From: Candidatus Woesearchaeota archaeon | GTDB taxonomy: Archaea; Nanobdellota; Nanobdellia; Woesearchaeales; SKIA01 | Length of the DNA stretch: 64,000 nucleotides | Direction of reading: 5' to 3' | Assembly (NCBI GenBank): GCA_046704725.1 | Contig: JBJKRI010000007.1 | Coordinates: forward strand, 24,291 to 88,290 | Shown here: one piece after another, positions 28,258-36,934 of the stretch | How positions within the stretch are numbered: the first letter of the stretch is position 1 | How the letters are laid out: every line of letters starts with the position of its first letter | Program-made: the position numbers and the translations under genes | The notes under the pieces: model-generated | What the model was told of the DNA's origin: nothing | The model's input: only the letters and a program-made list of their open reading frames with translations | Database searches by the model: none

Positions 28258-29118
28258 TCAGACTCTGCGCAATTCGAGGTACGCGGTCTGCATGTAGCGC
28301 TCGCCTGGAGCGAGAGCGACGAACTTTGCTGGATAGACATCGTTCGCGTCTTTCACCATTCCTCCGGTGAACATCTCCAAACAGACCTGGTTTCCGTTTC
28401 TCCAGACGGCCGATGACGGGAACCGATGCTCCACCCGGACCGACTTCATCCCTCTTCGGTACATCATGCGTCCCGCGCCGACCCATGTCTTGTCGTCTCC
28501 CAACTCGTCGAACGCATGCCACCGATCACCGTACAGTAGCTCTTCTTTGTCTTCTCCCATCCTTGTGAAGCTCGGGTCCCAGCCGTGCTGGAATCGTTGC
28601 GTGCGCGCGTCCAGGTTCTCGACTGTGAGGTCCACTTTCACGATGCCGTCCTGCAGGAGTTCTATCGTCTTGCGCAGGATCGTCTTGTGCGGCCATCGCA
28701 GCGGATAAGGTGATTTCTCGCCCACGACTTCGATGCTCGGGTCGTACAGGTATTCAACGGCGGCCTTGGCCGTTCCAGCGTATATCTGGTGGGGCTTCAG
28801 CCACCGCGCTATACCGTGTTGGGTGAGATGATACGGGACCTTCCCCCGCAGTGGTTCGCGGCCGGTCCGCTTCTGATATTCAGCCACGAGCGCGGCTCGA
28901 TCAGAGCTCCCGTCGTCATCCAACCAGAGCGTGTCGTCCGCTGCCGGACCGACGATCGGCCACATTATGATCTCGGAGTTGCTCCAACCGTTGGGCGGGA
29001 CGCCCTTCCTGCCGCCCGGATGCATGAACTCCGTCCCGTCGAGCGCGAGGCTGATGATCTGGCCGGTTCCCCTGCGGATCTCCGCGCTGAGCGGGCCGTT
29101 GACGGTGCAGATGGTCAT
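28258..29118 (-). CDS. aldose 1-epimerase/galactose mutarotase-like protein (divergent)
   Basis: MWPIVG, QHGIARW, LTVEN, HGWDPSF, VCLE. Confidence 0.7.
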   Translation of the reverse strand: MTICTVNGPLSAEIRRGTGQIISLALDGTEFMHPGGRKGVPPNGWSNSEIIMWPIVGPAADDTLWLDDDGSSDRAALVAEYQKRTGREPLRGKVPYHLTQHGIARWLKPHQIYAGTAKAAVEYLYDPSIEVVGEKSPYPLRWPHKTILRKTIELLQDGIVKVDLTVENLDARTQRFQHGWDPSFTRMGEDKEELLYGDRWHAFDELGDDKTWVGAGRMMYRRGMKSVRVEHRFPSSAVWRNGNQVCLEMFTGGMVKDANDVYPAKFVALAPGERYMQTAYLELRRV

Positions 29119-29151
29119 TGCGTTGGGAACATAATAGAGCTACTTAATACT

Positions 29152-29496
29152 TCAGCTGAAGTAGAGCGGGTCGTCCGAGCGCACGACCGTCTCCGTGCGT
29201 CCGTCCACATTGCGCTTCTCGGCGTACTTGTCGTGCTTGCTCTTGGACTCGTCCTTGACCTCGTTCACGCTGAGTATCTTGTTCATGTTGACGGGCCCGC
29301 AGTTCGGGCACACGAAGAACACGCCCCACTTGCCCTCTTTTTGCTCGACGTACTCGCCGCACACGCATTTCATCTCGCCCATGGAGGCGTTCTTGTGCTT
29401 GGCGCAGACCGGCACCCCCTGCTTGTTCTTGCTGTACGCCGCGGCCCCGCAGAACGGGCATGCCGCGGTCCGGTACGATCCGTACGTCTTGCGCAT
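29152..29496 (-). CDS. zinc-ribbon protein
   Basis: CPFC, C..H, CVCG, GKWG.FFVCPNCG. Confidence 0.8.
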   Translation of the reverse strand: MRKTYGSYRTAACPFCGAAAYSKNKQGVPVCAKHKNASMGEMKCVCGEYVEQKEGKWGVFFVCPNCGPVNMNKILSVNEVKDESKSKHDKYAEKRNVDGRTETVVRSDDPLYFS

Positions 29497-29626
29497 GCCT
29501 CAAGGTCTTTGTGGCGCTTTTTAGGGATTACGCTCGTGCGATACTTATACCAGAAAGCACACCAGGAACATAATCCACTCAAAAGGAGTGAAAACCATTA
29601 AATACTGGTGTGGATGCATGCCGCAT

Positions 29627-30268
29627 ATGAAACTCCTTTATCGATCGGTCACAGCTCAAGACGCGAACAGCGAAGATCCCCAGGAGATAACCTTCGGGAT
29701 CGGAGAAGCGAATCTCGAAGGACTCAATGCGATCGTCAAGCAGGCCAAAGATATCATCGTGGGGCACAGCGATGATCCTGATGAAGCGACCAATATCGTG
29801 CAGGGAGTCAGACCCCCAGGGGGCTACATCACTGTTGATCAAATCGTCGAGAGGACGGTGACAGAGGGTGATCGGACGCTGCGGGTCCTCGCCAACGGCA
29901 CTGATCCGTGGCAGGCTTTCGGCGTTGTGCTCGACACGCGCTACGCCACGCGGGGTATCCCGGACTCCGAGCGTAGCGCAGGATCGGTCGTCATCAACTA
30001 CGCGACCGCCGCGCGTATGGCCAATGGAAACCTGGTCAGTCTAGATTGGATCCGTAGTGCGTCGCACCTCTTGAACGGGCTGACTGGCGGTATCATACAA
30101 GTCAGAGGACCATTCACAGTGGGTAGCGAGATCTATGATGCATTGCGCGTGAGCACCAGAACCGATGCGGTTCTCGACGTGACTCTCCAAGAGAACCTGA
30201 AACGCATACGAGAGCCGTGGGCCATGGATTCTTCAGTCATGCATACGGCACGTCCTGGTCGGTCTTGA
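29627..30268 (+). CDS. hypothetical protein (ORFan)
   Basis: ~213-aa ORF; ATTAAATA at 29597-29604; converges on the permease gene. Confidence 0.55.
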   Translation: MKLLYRSVTAQDANSEDPQEITFGIGEANLEGLNAIVKQAKDIIVGHSDDPDEATNIVQGVRPPGGYITVDQIVERTVTEGDRTLRVLANGTDPWQAFGVVLDTRYATRGIPDSERSAGSVVINYATAARMANGNLVSLDWIRSASHLLNGLTGGIIQVRGPFTVGSEIYDALRVSTRTDAVLDVTLQENLKRIREPWAMDSSVMHTARPGRS

Positions 30269-32132
30269 CACCGTACACGAGCAGGTAGTTCCAGAATAAG
30301 CCCTTCACTTTCTCTATGCGCACCGAGAATCCTGCGCGCTTGAACTCCCTTCGCAACAGCTTGAGGTCCGTCAGCCAGATGGGGTTCGGCAAGAGCCCGA
30401 AGTAGTCCACCCATTCCATGAAGCAGATCTTCCCTCCTTCGGGCATGACGCGCGCGATCTCCTTGAGGACCTTCTGCTTGTCCTGGATGTAGCCGAGCAT
30501 GCCCGTGCTGAACACGACGTCGACTTTCTGCACGTCTGGGTGCAATCGGTTGGTGATGTGTTCGTCGCGGATGCCGATGACGTGCGTGTGCTTGCGTTTC
30601 TCGATGCGTTTCAAGAGCAGGTCGACGTTGCGCGCCCCGCTCTCCACGGCATACACCTTCCCTTTCTTGGTCACGCGCTCGGCGAGGTGGAGCGTGAGGC
30701 TTCCCACGCCGGCGCCGAACTCGAGCACCGTCTTCCCCGTGAGGTCTCCGAACAGGTTGAGCATCTTCTCTCGCACGCCCTTGGGCAGGATGACGTTCTC
30801 CAGGAACAATGCGGGGTACGCCAATGCGTCCATGAAGAATAGCTGCGTCGAAGGATTGTAGTAGATGGAGAGCAGCAGGTAGATTGGGATGCCGAACAGT
30901 ATGAGTGATGCGATGAACTTGAGCGTGCCGAAGGCCGTCGGCGTCAGCACGATCCATCCCACGAGTGCTGCGATGAATATCCCGCTGCTGATGTAGGGCC
31001 CGAAGCTCCCCAACGGCGCGTTGAAGGCCCGTCTTCCGGGTCGCGTGCGCCGCAATAACGGGACGGATAACACAGTGGGGATGTACATGCACAGCGCGAG
31101 TGGCACCATGATGCTCAAGAGCAGTGTGTAGTTGCCGAACGCCGCGAGCAAGACGAGTGCGGAGACGATCCCTTGGAAGAGGATGGCTTTTGCTGGCGTT
31201 CCCGTGCGCGGGCTCCTGTCAGCGAGTTGCTCGATGAAGAGCTTGTCGCGCGCCATGGCCAAGAGCAGACGCGGTCCAGACACGATGTTGCCCGCCGCCG
31301 ATCCGATGAGCGCCAAGAAGATCCCGATCTTGAGGATGAGCGCTCCTGTCGCGCCGAAGATGATGGCGAACGCGTCCGTCAACGGCGCGGGGCTCTTCGC
31401 GAGTGTCGCCGCGGGGATGATGCCGTACAATACGGCGGTCAGTCCGATGCCGAGGATGGCCCCGATGATCGTGCTGATGACGATCGCTCTCGGGATGTTC
31501 TTCTGCGGCTCTTTCGTCTCTTCCGCCAAAAAGCACGCGGCTTCCCAGCCGAAGTAGGTCTCGAGGATGAAGAACAGCGCCACGAGCAGCATGATGGGCT
31601 TTCCGATGACGAAGGGCTGGTAGTTCGCGGGGTTGATGTGGAAGACGCCTCCTACGATCGTGAGGATGACGAAGACGAGCAGGCTCGCCGCGAAGAAGTC
31701 CAGGATGGCTTCCGAAGCCCCGAGTCCCCTATAGGCGATGAAGTGGAGGATGACCACGAGCACGAGGCTGGCGGCCAGCTTCTGCACGAATGGCAGGAAG
31801 GGAAAGGCGTACTCCAAGGCGCCGACGATGAGGATGCTCGTGTTGATGGTGGCGACCAGCCACATGATCCATCCGATGAGGAAGCTCGGGAATCGCCCGT
31901 AGGCGTTCTTGGCGAACTCGTAGATGCCGCCCGCGCGCGGGAACATGCTCGCGAGCTCCGCGAACAAGAAGCCGACGTAGATGCTCTGCAGCCCGAGCAC
32001 GATCCACGCGATGATGGCGGCGACGCCCGCGTAGGACGCGCTGATGGCCGGCCCGAAGAACAGTCCGGTCCCGATGAGCGCGACGAGCGTCAGGCTGGTG
32101 ACGCCGAACAAGCCCATCTTGCGCTCTGCCAT
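30237..32132 (-). CDS. APC-family amino acid permease fused to class I SAM-dependent methyltransferase domain
   Basis: IGTGLF, FAELASMFPRAGGIYEFA, GWEAA...AEETKEP; C-terminal GKTVLEFGAGVG...VYAVE...VLKEIARVMPEGG. Confidence 0.9.
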   Translation of the reverse strand: MAERKMGLFGVTSLTLVALIGTGLFFGPAISASYAGVAAIIAWIVLGLQSIYVGFLFAELASMFPRAGGIYEFAKNAYGRFPSFLIGWIMWLVATINTSILIVGALEYAFPFLPFVQKLAASLVLVVILHFIAYRGLGASEAILDFFAASLLVFVILTIVGGVFHINPANYQPFVIGKPIMLLVALFFILETYFGWEAACFLAEETKEPQKNIPRAIVISTIIGAILGIGLTAVLYGIIPAATLAKSPAPLTDAFAIIFGATGALILKIGIFLALIGSAAGNIVSGPRLLLAMARDKLFIEQLADRSPRTGTPAKAILFQGIVSALVLLAAFGNYTLLLSIMVPLALCMYIPTVLSVPLLRRTRPGRRAFNAPLGSFGPYISSGIFIAALVGWIVLTPTAFGTLKFIASLILFGIPIYLLLSIYYNPSTQLFFMDALAYPALFLENVILPKGVREKMLNLFGDLTGKTVLEFGAGVGSLTLHLAERVTKKGKVYAVESGARNVDLLLKRIEKRKHTHVIGIRDEHITNRLHPDVQKVDVVFSTGMLGYIQDKQKVLKEIARVMPEGGKICFMEWVDYFGLLPNPIWLTDLKLLRREFKRAGFSVRIEKVKGLFWNYLLVYGVKTDQDVPYA

Positions 32133-32194
32133 GCTTTTCTTGCCGGGAATTTCCGCTTATAAATGGCGCGTGTGCACTCGGAAGGCGTGGCGGC

Positions 32195-32212
32195 ACGCCG
32201 CGGCTCGGATTC
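32195..32212 (-). repeat. 18-bp direct repeat of tRNA-Ser 3' end
   Basis: ACGCCGCGGCTCGGATTC at 32195-32212 and 32279-32296. Confidence 0.9.
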
Positions 32213-32279
32213 CTCAGAGCGCAGCGATGAGGCGCAAGAAGCGGAGCTTCGCCAGCGCGTCCGAAAACGAGCAAGGCAA

Positions 32280-32362
32280 CGCCGCGGCTCGGATTCGAAC
32301 CGAGAATGGGTTTCCCCTCCGGCTCTCAAGGCCGGTGCACTACCAGGTTATGCGACCGCGGC
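32280..32362 (-). tRNA. tRNA-Ser(TGA)
   Basis: GCCGCGG acceptor, CCGGC-CTTGAGA-GCCGG anticodon arm, long variable arm, CTCGG-TTCGAAT-CCGAG, G discriminator; CTTATAAG 25 bp upstream. Confidence 0.95.
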
Positions 32363-32399
32363 AACAAGTACAGGGCGGCGCGGCCGCTTATAAGATTGC

Positions 32400-33031
32400 T
32401 GGGCCCGCCCGGACGTGCGCTCCGGCGGGGACCCACTCGACGGCGCACCAAGCAGTGGAAATGCATAAATACCATTGAACCCTCTTCATAGTGATGACAG
32501 GAAGTTTCGCATATCCGGTCGTGAATCATGCAGTGGAAGACATCGGCGAGCTGTTCGAATTCCGCGCGGAAGACGCTTCTGCGTTCGCCGCTGAAGTGAA
32601 CAAGGCGTTCAGCGAAAGGAGCTTCCGGCTTCTCACGCCCGGAAGAACGGTTGCCGATGCCTACTGCTGGTCTTGCACCCTTGTTGAGGTGACGGTCGAC
32701 CACGACGGCGTGGACATTGTGATAGAGAAGGAGATATCCATGCGTGGAACGCTACCTGTCCGTACTGCCATGAAACCCCGTTTCGCTTTCGACCCGCAAC
32801 ACGGTCTGTACCTATTGACAGGAGAGCCTAGCAGGCCATACGTCAATCGACAGGAACACTTCTTGTGGTACAACAACCAGCCGCTCAAGCCCCCTCAAGA
32901 GAGACTCCAGGCAGGCGAACTCCAACACTCGTAGCGTTTCTCGAAACCAGACCTTTGCGGCAGAGACTGTTCCGAATCCGTATCGGAGTGCGAACCGAAA
33001 AACCTCTCCGGATGGATGGGCCCGCCCGGAC
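32400..33031 (-). mobile_element. tRNA-Val-anchored mini-island bounded by 15-bp direct repeats
   Basis: TGGGCCCGCCCGGAC at 32400-32414 and 33017-33031 (tRNA-Val 3' end); encloses one ORF; no integrase. Confidence 0.75.
32494..32934 (+). CDS. hypothetical protein (cargo of the mini-island)
   Basis: 146-aa ORF with CATAAATA ~25 bp upstream. Confidence 0.6.
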   Translation: MTGSFAYPVVNHAVEDIGELFEFRAEDASAFAAEVNKAFSERSFRLLTPGRTVADAYCWSCTLVEVTVDHDGVDIVIEKEISMRGTLPVRTAMKPRFAFDPQHGLYLLTGEPSRPYVNRQEHFLWYNNQPLKPPQERLQAGELQHS

Positions 33032-33089
33032 TCGAACCGGGGATCAACGCCGTGTAAAGGCGCTGTCATAGCCGCTAGACCACGGGCCC
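33017..33089 (-). tRNA. tRNA-Val(TAC)
   Basis: GGGCCCG acceptor, GCGCC-TTTACAC-GGCGT, CCCGG-TTCGAGT-CCGGG, A discriminator. Confidence 0.96.
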
Positions 33090-33127
33090 GTGGGGGAAGT
33101 ACCGCGCAGCCCTTTAAGAGCGCATCG

Positions 33128-34096
33128 CTAGAGCAGCTCCATCAGGTGCCTGGTGAAGGCGAACAGGACGTGGTCGTACACGCGTTGGATCCAGTTGTAG
33201 CGCACGCTGTGGTGCGCCACTTCCGACAAGTGCTTGCGCAGCGTCGTCAGGTGCCTTCCGGTCATGATGACCGACACCTCGATGTTGTGCTTGAACGATC
33301 GGTTGTCGAAGTTCGCGCTTCCCACCAAGGCCACGTCGTCGAAGAGCATGACTTTGCTGTGGAACATCTTCGCGCTCTGCTTCACAGTCAATCGCTTGTG
33401 GTGGATGCGCTGGAGGTTGATCCTGTTGAACGTTCCCGCCAGATGGTGCTCCGGCTTTCTCGGGACGACGATCTGCACCTCCACCCCGCGGTCCATCGCC
33501 GCTAAGAGCAGGTTCTCGATGGCGTCGTCGATGACGAAGTACGGGCTCGCGATCACGATGCGTTCGGTGCTCGTCACGATGTGCTCGAGCACGAAGTTAT
33601 AGACGTCGCGCCGCTCAACGAGCGGGTCTGTCGTGCGCACCCACGTCGTGTAGGGATCATCCTTTCTCGTTCCCAGGTGCTTGGCGAAAGCGTGGAGTTC
33701 CTCCAGCAACTGCGGTTCTTTGATGATGATCGAGGCATCCACCCAGTCGTGATAGTACTTCCTCGTGAGGTTGCGTCCCGAGACGACGGCGACATCGTCG
33801 TCGATGAGGAAGACCTTGGCGTGGTTGCGCACGCCCAGCAGAGAGGGCCGCGGGATGAATGCACGGCAGAACGGTTCCGCGGCGAGACGCGGCACGCTGC
33901 GCGCACTCCCGAACAGGTCGTAGACCACCTCGACCTTCACCCCCTCCTTGCGCTTCTCCTTGAGGACGCGCCACAATCGCTTCGTCGTCTCGTCGAAGCG
34001 GATCATGTACATGCACATCCAGATGCGTTTCTTCGCGCTCCGCAAGAGCCGTTCGTACTCGTCCAGGCATTCCTTCCCGTCGAAGATGACGCGCAT
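33128..34096 (-). CDS. phospholipase D / cardiolipin synthase-like protein
   Basis: Two HKD motifs (NHAKVFLIDD; FHSKVMLFDD), SPYF, GSANFDNRSF..N.E. Confidence 0.9.
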   Translation of the reverse strand: MRVIFDGKECLDEYERLLRSAKKRIWMCMYMIRFDETTKRLWRVLKEKRKEGVKVEVVYDLFGSARSVPRLAAEPFCRAFIPRPSLLGVRNHAKVFLIDDDVAVVSGRNLTRKYYHDWVDASIIIKEPQLLEELHAFAKHLGTRKDDPYTTWVRTTDPLVERRDVYNFVLEHIVTSTERIVIASPYFVIDDAIENLLLAAMDRGVEVQIVVPRKPEHHLAGTFNRINLQRIHHKRLTVKQSAKMFHSKVMLFDDVALVGSANFDNRSFKHNIEVSVIMTGRHLTTLRKHLSEVAHHSVRYNWIQRVYDHVLFAFTRHLMELL

Positions 34097-34166
34097 GCCC
34101 CCTTCCCCGCGAGTGAGTATAAAAAGCTGGTGCAGGGATTATATAGGAGCGCTTCTCGAAACCAGC

Positions 34167-34766
34167 ATGGTGTGGTTGTGGGTGCTGTTGGGCATCATCG
34201 TCCTAGCCGTTCTCTTCTGGTGGCTGTTCCATCGCGATCCGAACCGCGTGGTCGCCGTCACGAACGGCTTTCTCAGCCCTGCCGACGGGAAGGTGGCGGC
34301 CATCTACGATATCGCCGCCGAGCGCCAGCGCATCCCCAAGGGCCGCCATGGCATCACCGCCTTGTTCGATGACGTGCCTGACGCTCGCTTCGCCGTGGTC
34401 ATCATGATGCGCTTGTGGGACGTCCACGTCCAGCGCGCCCCGGTGACTGGTCGCATCAAGGGGCTGCGTCATCGTCACGGCACCTTCCGCAACGCCGTCC
34501 TCGGCGACTGGGAGGGCGCGACCGTCGAGAACGAGAACGTGTCATTCACGTTCTCCGGCGAACGTCCCTGCAAGGTCTATCTCGTGGCCGGTCTGGTCGC
34601 GCGACGCATCGAGCCGCTCGTCAAGCGGGGACAGCACGTCGTGCAGGGCCAGCGCATCGGGCGCATCCGCCTGGGCAGCCAGGTCGTCCTCATCATCCCC
34701 GACGGCGAGTTGCAGGTGTCCGTCGGCGGTCGCGTGACCGCTGGCCGCACGGAGATCGCTCGATGA
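34167..34766 (+). CDS. psd: phosphatidylserine/archaetidylserine decarboxylase proenzyme
   Basis: FHRDPNR, SPADGKV, DVHVQRAP, ENE, AGLVARRI, G.IRLGSQV self-cleavage site. Confidence 0.92.
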   Translation: MVWLWVLLGIIVLAVLFWWLFHRDPNRVVAVTNGFLSPADGKVAAIYDIAAERQRIPKGRHGITALFDDVPDARFAVVIMMRLWDVHVQRAPVTGRIKGLRHRHGTFRNAVLGDWEGATVENENVSFTFSGERPCKVYLVAGLVARRIEPLVKRGQHVVQGQRIGRIRLGSQVVLIIPDGELQVSVGGRVTAGRTEIAR

Positions 34767-35323
34767 CCGTCACCGAGCGGGCACGCTCTGTCGGACGCGC
34801 GACCCGCGAGCGGGTCCAGGGCGCGAAGCGTCTTTTCCGCATCAATCTCGCCAACACATTGACCCTGCTCAACGGCGTTTCGGGCTTCGTCTCCATCATC
34901 GCTTCCGTGCATGATATGTTCCGCGTCGCTTCATTGGCCATCCTGGTTGGGGTCTTCCTCGATTGGCTCGACGGCAAGGCCGCTCGTTTCTTCTCCGAGG
35001 AGAGCGCGCTCGGCCGAGAGCTCGACAGCCTTTCCGACATCATCTCCTTCGGCGTGGCTCCTGCGGTCCTCGTCTCGTCGATCGCCCCCTCGCTCGTCTC
35101 CTACGCCGCCGGCGCCTTGTTCGTGCTCTCCGCTGCGCTGCGCCTTGGCCGTTTCAACGTCCAGCGCACCAAGGGGGTGTTCTTCGGGCTGCCCACGACC
35201 GTGAACGGCCTGCTCTTGCCCGCTCTCGTGCTCGGCCACGCCCCGTTGGCAGTCTATCCATGGTACCTGTTGGTCATGGCGTTGCTCATGAATACGCCGC
35301 TGCGCATCCCCAAAGTGGTCTGA
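34763..35323 (+). CDS. pssA: CDP-alcohol:serine phosphatidyltransferase (PssA/archaetidylserine synthase)
   Basis: ANTLTLLN, DWLDGKAAR...GRELDSLSDIISFGVAP, LRLGRFN, FFGLP; ATGA overlap with psd. Confidence 0.92.
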   Translation: MTVTERARSVGRATRERVQGAKRLFRINLANTLTLLNGVSGFVSIIASVHDMFRVASLAILVGVFLDWLDGKAARFFSEESALGRELDSLSDIISFGVAPAVLVSSIAPSLVSYAAGALFVLSAALRLGRFNVQRTKGVFFGLPTTVNGLLLPALVLGHAPLAVYPWYLLVMALLMNTPLRIPKVV

Positions 35324-35373
35324 ATAGAGGGTATAGACCCGCAGCTTTTTTATTCCCCTCCCCCGGGACGTGC

Positions 35374-35805
35374 ATGGTCATGGATTTCGGAAAAGAGCAC
35401 GTCGTGGATTTCACCGGGCCGCTCTACATCGACGACGAGAATCTCCCCCAGGACGGCGGGCTCTACGCGGTGCTCGTCGGCGACAGCGACAAGAAGCAGT
35501 TCAAGCCCTTGTTCTTCGGCCAGACGGACAACCTCAATTCCTTCCGCCTGCGGGACCATCCGTTGTTCAAGCGTTTCATCCACTTCGCCGAGAACGAGCG
35601 TTTCCTCTTCCTGGGGATGCACGAGATGCCCAACACGAACGAAGAGCAACGCGCGAAGGTGCTCGACGGGCTCGTCGAGGAGGTCAGGCCCCCGCTCTCC
35701 GAAGGGGATATCCCAGAGGAGAGTCCCGACAGTCCTGAGGGCTATCGCTTCTTCAAGACCGCGCCCGACGATGATATCGAGCCCTTGCCCGAGAAGGATT
35801 ACTGA
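35374..35805 (+). CDS. hypothetical protein, degenerate GIY-YIG-like
   Basis: GGLYAVL...PLFFGQTDNL..FRL..H pattern; acidic tail. Confidence 0.6.
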   Translation: MVMDFGKEHVVDFTGPLYIDDENLPQDGGLYAVLVGDSDKKQFKPLFFGQTDNLNSFRLRDHPLFKRFIHFAENERFLFLGMHEMPNTNEEQRAKVLDGLVEEVRPPLSEGDIPEESPDSPEGYRFFKTAPDDDIEPLPEKDY

Positions 35806-36317
35806 AGGTGCTCGGCAAGCTTCGCCAATGCGCGCGCACGGTGGCTGATACGTTGTTTCTGCTCGACCCCCATCTCCGCGAACGTCTTTTCGCGTCCTTC
35901 CGGGGCGAAGATCGTGTCCCAGCCGAAGCCGGTAACGCCGCGGGGCGCCACGATGCGTCCTTTCGTCTCGCCGAAGAACACGTGCTCGTTCTCGCCGTCG
36001 TAGTAGGCGATTCCGCACACCGCGAGCGCGTCGCTGCCGTCCGAGAGCTTCGCGATGCCCTCCGGCCCCATCGCCTTCAAGAACCATTTGACAAAAGGCC
36101 CTGGCAAGCCTCCGAGCGCGTCGATGTTCAATGAGGTGTCCTCCACGAAGCACGGCCCGTCGATCTCGCGCATGGCCTGCGAGAGCTTGTGCTTGAGGAT
36201 ATCCGCGAGGTCGGTGCTCTGCAGCTCCTTGAGGTCGAGCGCCCTCCGCTCCAGTCCAGGGATGTGCTGCTTGGCTTCCCCGTACTTGTTGTCGTTTCCC
36301 GTGATGAACACGACCAT
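35799..36317 (-). CDS. rdgB: Ham1/RdgB non-canonical purine NTP pyrophosphatase
   Basis: FITGN..K..E, VEDTSL, LGGLPGPFVK, FGWDTIF, KTFAEM, ISHRARA. Confidence 0.95.
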   Translation of the reverse strand: MVVFITGNDNKYGEAKQHIPGLERRALDLKELQSTDLADILKHKLSQAMREIDGPCFVEDTSLNIDALGGLPGPFVKWFLKAMGPEGIAKLSDGSDALAVCGIAYYDGENEHVFFGETKGRIVAPRGVTGFGWDTIFAPEGREKTFAEMGVEQKQRISHRARALAKLAEHLQ

Positions 36318-36367
36318 GGTCCGCTTATCGGGTCGCTGGTTAAGAGCGTTGCGGTGCCTTCGAAGAA

Positions 36368-36934
36368 TCAAGCGCTCCGCCGCTTCTCGTACAGCGAAGG
36401 GATGCTCAGCCGGATGACTCTTGCAGCGTGTTCCAAAGAATAATCGCCGCTGAACACATGCGCGGATGGCTGATGTCTTCGGAGTTGCAACTCGTATTCG
36501 GCGATCGCTTCTGTCAGGAATGATTCAGTGCGGGAGAAATGCTGCTTCTTGGATCTCGCGTTGCGCAAGGACAGTTCTGGCGACAGGAGGAACACGAAAC
36601 CGAACTGGACCAGTGGGAATAGCGACAGGGCGTGCGTGTTGTATTGTTCGCGTTGCGCGTCGCTCCAGGACGCTCTTCGTGCCAGGACGTTGCCCATGAC
36701 GAGGCGGTCGAACCCGGCGCGTTCGAAGACGTGCAGTTGCTCGTCGTCCGGGATATCCTGTAATCGTCGATCGACATCATCAAGATACCATTGATTGTAA
36801 TCGTAGCTGACAGGGTCCGGTACTGGTACGCTCGAGAAGCGTTCCGCATAATGCACGATCGGATAGTCGGCGCGTAGCGCATTCACGCAACTCGTCTTTC
36901 CTGAACGCGGCACCCTGGCGAATTCGATGATCAC
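36368..36934 (-). CDS. P-loop nucleotide kinase-like protein (thymidylate-kinase-like)
   Basis: IIEFARVPRSGKTS, VFERAGFD, FVFLLSPELSL.R; GTG start overlaps the Fic stop (GTGA). Confidence 0.7.
   Translation of the reverse strand: MIIEFARVPRSGKTSCVNALRADYPIVHYAERFSSVPVPDPVSYDYNQWYLDDVDRRLQDIPDDEQLHVFERAGFDRLVMGNVLARRASWSDAQREQYNTHALSLFPLVQFGFVFLLSPELSLRNARSKKQHFSRTESFLTEAIAEYELQLRRHQPSAHVFSGDYSLEHAARVIRLSIPSLYEKRRSA

Noticed and set aside
32160-32460. GC-rich non-coding stretch as SRP or RNase P RNA
   Set aside because: Explained by tRNA-Ser, tRNA 3'-end repeats and promoters; no SRP helix 8 or RNase P P4 motifs seen.
32938-34165. 13-bp match TTCTCGAAACCAG at 32938-32950 and 34153-34165
   Set aside because: Matches of this length are expected by chance in 64 kb and do not bound a coherent unit.
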